A stretch of DNA of 64,000 nt. Source: Marsupella aquatica (lineage: Eukaryota; Plantae; Marchantiophyta). The notes beneath the pieces were generated by a model. The model had not been told where the DNA came from and searched no databases. It saw only the letters and a program-made list of their open reading frames with translations. How positions within the stretch are numbered: the stretch's first letter is position 1; each line of letters begins with the position of its first letter. Positions 60,940 through 64,000 of the stretch are shown piece after piece. The translations under genes and the position numbers were made by a program. The stretch covers positions 6,089,327-6,153,326 of the forward strand of contig OZ316897.1 of the NCBI GenBank assembly GCA_973895155.1, written 5' to 3'.

Positions 60940-62748
60940 TTACAATCTCGCCAATTCTCCAGCCTTGGTATGCCATCGCCACCCGTTATCACAGCTATTG
61001 TCTTCAGGAACTTCCTCATCGTCTTCGAAGTCAGAGTCATCCGTCTCAGAATCAGAACTTCTACTGTGGCGCTTCCTCTTTCTATGCACAGCATTTGTCT
61101 CTGCAGCACGTTGTCTGGTAGTCAAGTCAATCTTAAGTAGAGTGCCTTCAGTTCTAAATACATAAGTAGCTTTAAAAGCAAAAAGAGAAAGTTCAGTGTA
61201 GACAATTTCCTTGTCGAGTAATCTGTACAATTCCGTCTCCACCAGTTGCATGAGGCGACATCTTGCATGGAAAGATTCTTGCCCTGGTGTCCCCTGCTTT
61301 GCCTTGGTCTTGTCCACAAAACTCTCCACAACATATACCAAATACCGGCTGTGGGCAACACTATCATAGACAGCCCAAACCTCGTCTTTGGCAGGGAAAA
61401 TAAAGTAGAGGTCATTGAACTTCCAGTAATTATCGATCCTATGAGAGAAAGCAACCCAGGAGCTCTGGTAGTCAGTCACCGTTCTGACCCGAAATAGGCC
61501 GGTACCACGAATTGCGTCCCATTCGTCGACTTCCTCAGCAGCGTAGGCATCTGTCAATTCCATGAACCTCACTTCAATATGAATAGGAGATTTCTTTCCC
61601 TTCACTGACGTACAACTGAACCGGTCTCCAGTTCGGCTTACAATGAGAGCATACCAGTTCGGTCGTTCATGATTGTTGTACAAAGCCCAAACCTCGCCTG
61701 GGTCCATGGCTGAGCAATCTTGTTCTCTTACTACTGATGGAAGAACGATTGACTTCGAAATCTCTCCAACCGGACGTACAAGAAGTGGGCTTAGCAGATA
61801 AGCAATAACGTTCACAGAAAATGTGTTCCCCAAAAGACTCCATCGAATATTCAGATTTGCTCCACTTGCTACTGGCATTGATTGCACATTGGTATACCCT
61901 GCAGGGTATCCCATTGCCTTTTCAACTTCGGTGATACCAATGTACCGCAGTGTACATGTCGAATTGTCCAGCACCAAGTCTAAGGACGTTTTGTGGCCTT
62001 TCGTACGATTTTGGGACAAAATACACCCAACTTTTGCATTAAGCGCCGTGCCATGTTCAAGTACAATCTGAAGAGATGTACTTTTGTGTTCCCTTAGTCG
62101 ACGGAGTTGTTTGGGATATGGTATATTTGACCAATACAGCCGCCGCCTCCTGCTAGGACTAAGCTCTTGTGAATCGATTTCAATCGGTATTGTCTTGAGA
62201 TGCTTTGAAATCTCATCCCGATCTTGCCATGCCATCGATGCCACATTCTCTGCAAGAAACCAAGTGGGATTGAACAGCTTGATAATCCGCAGCATCTCAA
62301 AAAACAGTTTGCTTCGCTGCCCATGCAATCCAGCCTTGTGCCCCAAGCAGGTGAGGTCCTGGCAAGGAAAGCCACCTACAATTAGGTCAACCTTTTCGGG
62401 TATAGAGTCGAGTTGAAGCGTTGAGATATCGCCAACATGCAAAACCATTGGGTGCCTTGCCTTAACCACCTGACTTGCAGCGTTATTCACCTCACAGCTG
62501 TATCCGATGAACGGTATACCGAGAAGAGATAGAGCTGTCCAGATGCCACCGATCCCATCAAACAAGCTGAGGACAACCAAAGGTCTGGCTGTCCACCCAC
62601 GAGCTTTCGTTCTCAACTCCGTTATCCAACGTCCAAAACAAAACACGTCTTCTGCAATCGAAATATTCTCAGCATCTCGATATTGCAGCTTAGCTAATTT
62701 ATCTGCTTCCTCTTGGAGCTCATGGATCTTAATAAGCAGGTTCTCCAT
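60940..62748 (-). CDS. DNMT3: Plant DNMT3-type cytosine methyltransferase with C-terminal DUF3444 (602 aa ORF)
   Basis: Unpermuted motifs LSLFDGIGG, GGFPCQDL, AENV, RRRLYWSN, EVEKAMGYP.GYT, LLGNTF; then GEVWALY..P.WYA.I, FSHRI, IFPAKDEVWAVY (DUF3444). Upstream exons possible. Confidence 0.92.
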   Translation of the reverse strand: MENLLIKIHELQEEADKLAKLQYRDAENISIAEDVFCFGRWITELRTKARGWTARPLVVLSLFDGIGGIWTALSLLGIPFIGYSCEVNNAASQVVKARHPMVLHVGDISTLQLDSIPEKVDLIVGGFPCQDLTCLGHKAGLHGQRSKLFFEMLRIIKLFNPTWFLAENVASMAWQDRDEISKHLKTIPIEIDSQELSPSRRRRLYWSNIPYPKQLRRLREHKSTSLQIVLEHGTALNAKVGCILSQNRTKGHKTSLDLVLDNSTCTLRYIGITEVEKAMGYPAGYTNVQSMPVASGANLNIRWSLLGNTFSVNVIAYLLSPLLVRPVGEISKSIVLPSVVREQDCSAMDPGEVWALYNNHERPNWYALIVSRTGDRFSCTSVKGKKSPIHIEVRFMELTDAYAAEEVDEWDAIRGTGLFRVRTVTDYQSSWVAFSHRIDNYWKFNDLYFIFPAKDEVWAVYDSVAHSRYLVYVVESFVDKTKAKQGTPGQESFHARCRLMQLVETELYRLLDKEIVYTELSLFAFKATYVFRTEGTLLKIDLTTRQRAAETNAVHRKRKRHSRSSDSETDDSDFEDDEEVPEDNSCDNGWRWHTKAGELARL

Positions 62749-62780
62749 TAGGGGAGAGTTCTGATTTCAAGCACGCCCGC

Positions 62781-63855
62781 TTAAATCCTTCTTTCTCTGT
62801 TTTGCCCCGCTCCTCAAGCTTAAAATCTAGTTCATGTGCTCTGTGCTTTTCTAGTTCTCCCCTACTCACAGGGACACATAGTCAACGGATTCATCTGCAC
62901 GTAGTCAAAGGATTAATGTCAGATTATTTAAAACAACACAGAAAAACTTCTAGCAATTTTCGACAGGTCCAATATGCAAGGCAGCTGCATCTTTGGAGTC
63001 GTGCTCATTGGAATTATAGACCTACAAGGTTCCACCTTCATTGATGTGTTGGGGGCCCTTTGAACGGGAGACACTTTGAGCATGGTTGACGTTACGCAAA
63101 TAATGCTCGCAGATACCATTAATCACAACGTTTGCCACGATTTGCAGCTATCATCAATTCTTCAGATAAAATACAGTACATTGTATCAGCGCATCATTGC
63201 TATTGAGGCCATATCCCAAACAAATATAGCGAAAGTTGAGAAGAGCCTAGGATACACAGGGAATTGAGTACGTATACACATTCACACTCACCAACCGGAA
63301 ATCCACTACTGTCCAACACCTGTACTCTTCCGACCCTGTTTCGCTGCAAAGTTGAACACCAGAATGCTCCAGTCACCAGAACCATGTCACTGACGCAACA
63401 AAGTTTCACTTCCTGCAAAATCAAGGTACAAAGAAGGTCCAGGCTACGGAGTTGATTTCAACATTTCAATTCAGTACTCAGGATTTCGATGATCCACAAC
63501 GAGACTACCCAGCTTTCTAACCCTTCTGTCTGATAAGAGCTAATCGTTCTGAAAAGCAACGAAGCACAGATACTCAAACACAAGACGTGCATTTAATATC
63601 CTCATGCCCAGCTTATCGACAATGACAAGCGTAACACATGGATACATATCCGAGAAAGTGAATTTTTAAGAAAATCCTTGTCATGACAGTATATCACAAC
63701 AAGGGAATCCTGATTTGAAGCACATCTACCTAAATCCTTCTTTGACTGCTCTGTTTTACCCTGCTCCTGGAGATTTAAATATCGTTCATGTGCTCTTGCT
63801 CTTCTAGCTCTTCCCTGCTCAAATAGAACACGGAGTCAACGGATTATTTGCAGCC
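62781..63855. repeat. Diverged about 120-bp duplication (62781-62900 vs 63730-63855) upstream of DNMT3
   Basis: Shared taaatccttcttt, ctctgtttt, gttcatgtgctct, ttctag, agtcaacggatt in the same order. Confidence 0.7.
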
Positions 63856-64000
63856 GTGGAGTCCCGAATCTCAAATAACATTCGTTTCCTCGTAGCTTTC
63901 CTGACTTAAGTTCACGGAAACAAACGCTAACAAATCTTACTATCGGAGGACACGATAACGGAACATTATCGTCGTTAATACAAATCCCTGGACCTGTATT

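Overview
Eukaryotic, TE-dense window, most likely from a non-flowering land plant (inferred from a DNMT3+DUF3444 gene, a type lost in angiosperms, and from the plant-type TE families). About 1-55 kb is nested transposons: five pieces of one RTE-X-like LINE family with (CATTAC)n tails, L1 remnants, a Copia remnant, an intact-looking PIF/Harbinger, CACTA pieces, a Ulp1 pseudogene and a minisatellite. Two probable host genes are present: a small protein with three PQFDGLxCFET motifs (27.5-28.1 kb) and DNMT3 (60.9-62.7 kb). The standout is a 9.2-kb Ty3/Gypsy element at 7374-16619 (4-bp TSD AATT). It has a DNMT3-like C5 methyltransferase between protease and RT and a PHD finger after a DDE integrase. 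Instead of two LTRs it has split direct repeats A...B-GC-A-B. The integrase-type TG/CA ends lie inside the PPT/PBS-defined LTR as a perfect 16-bp palindrome, and the PBS is self-priming (Tf1-like). This geometry suggests a DDE-integrase retrotransposon that integrates from a 2-LTR circle. All domain calls are by eye from motifs; no searches were run.
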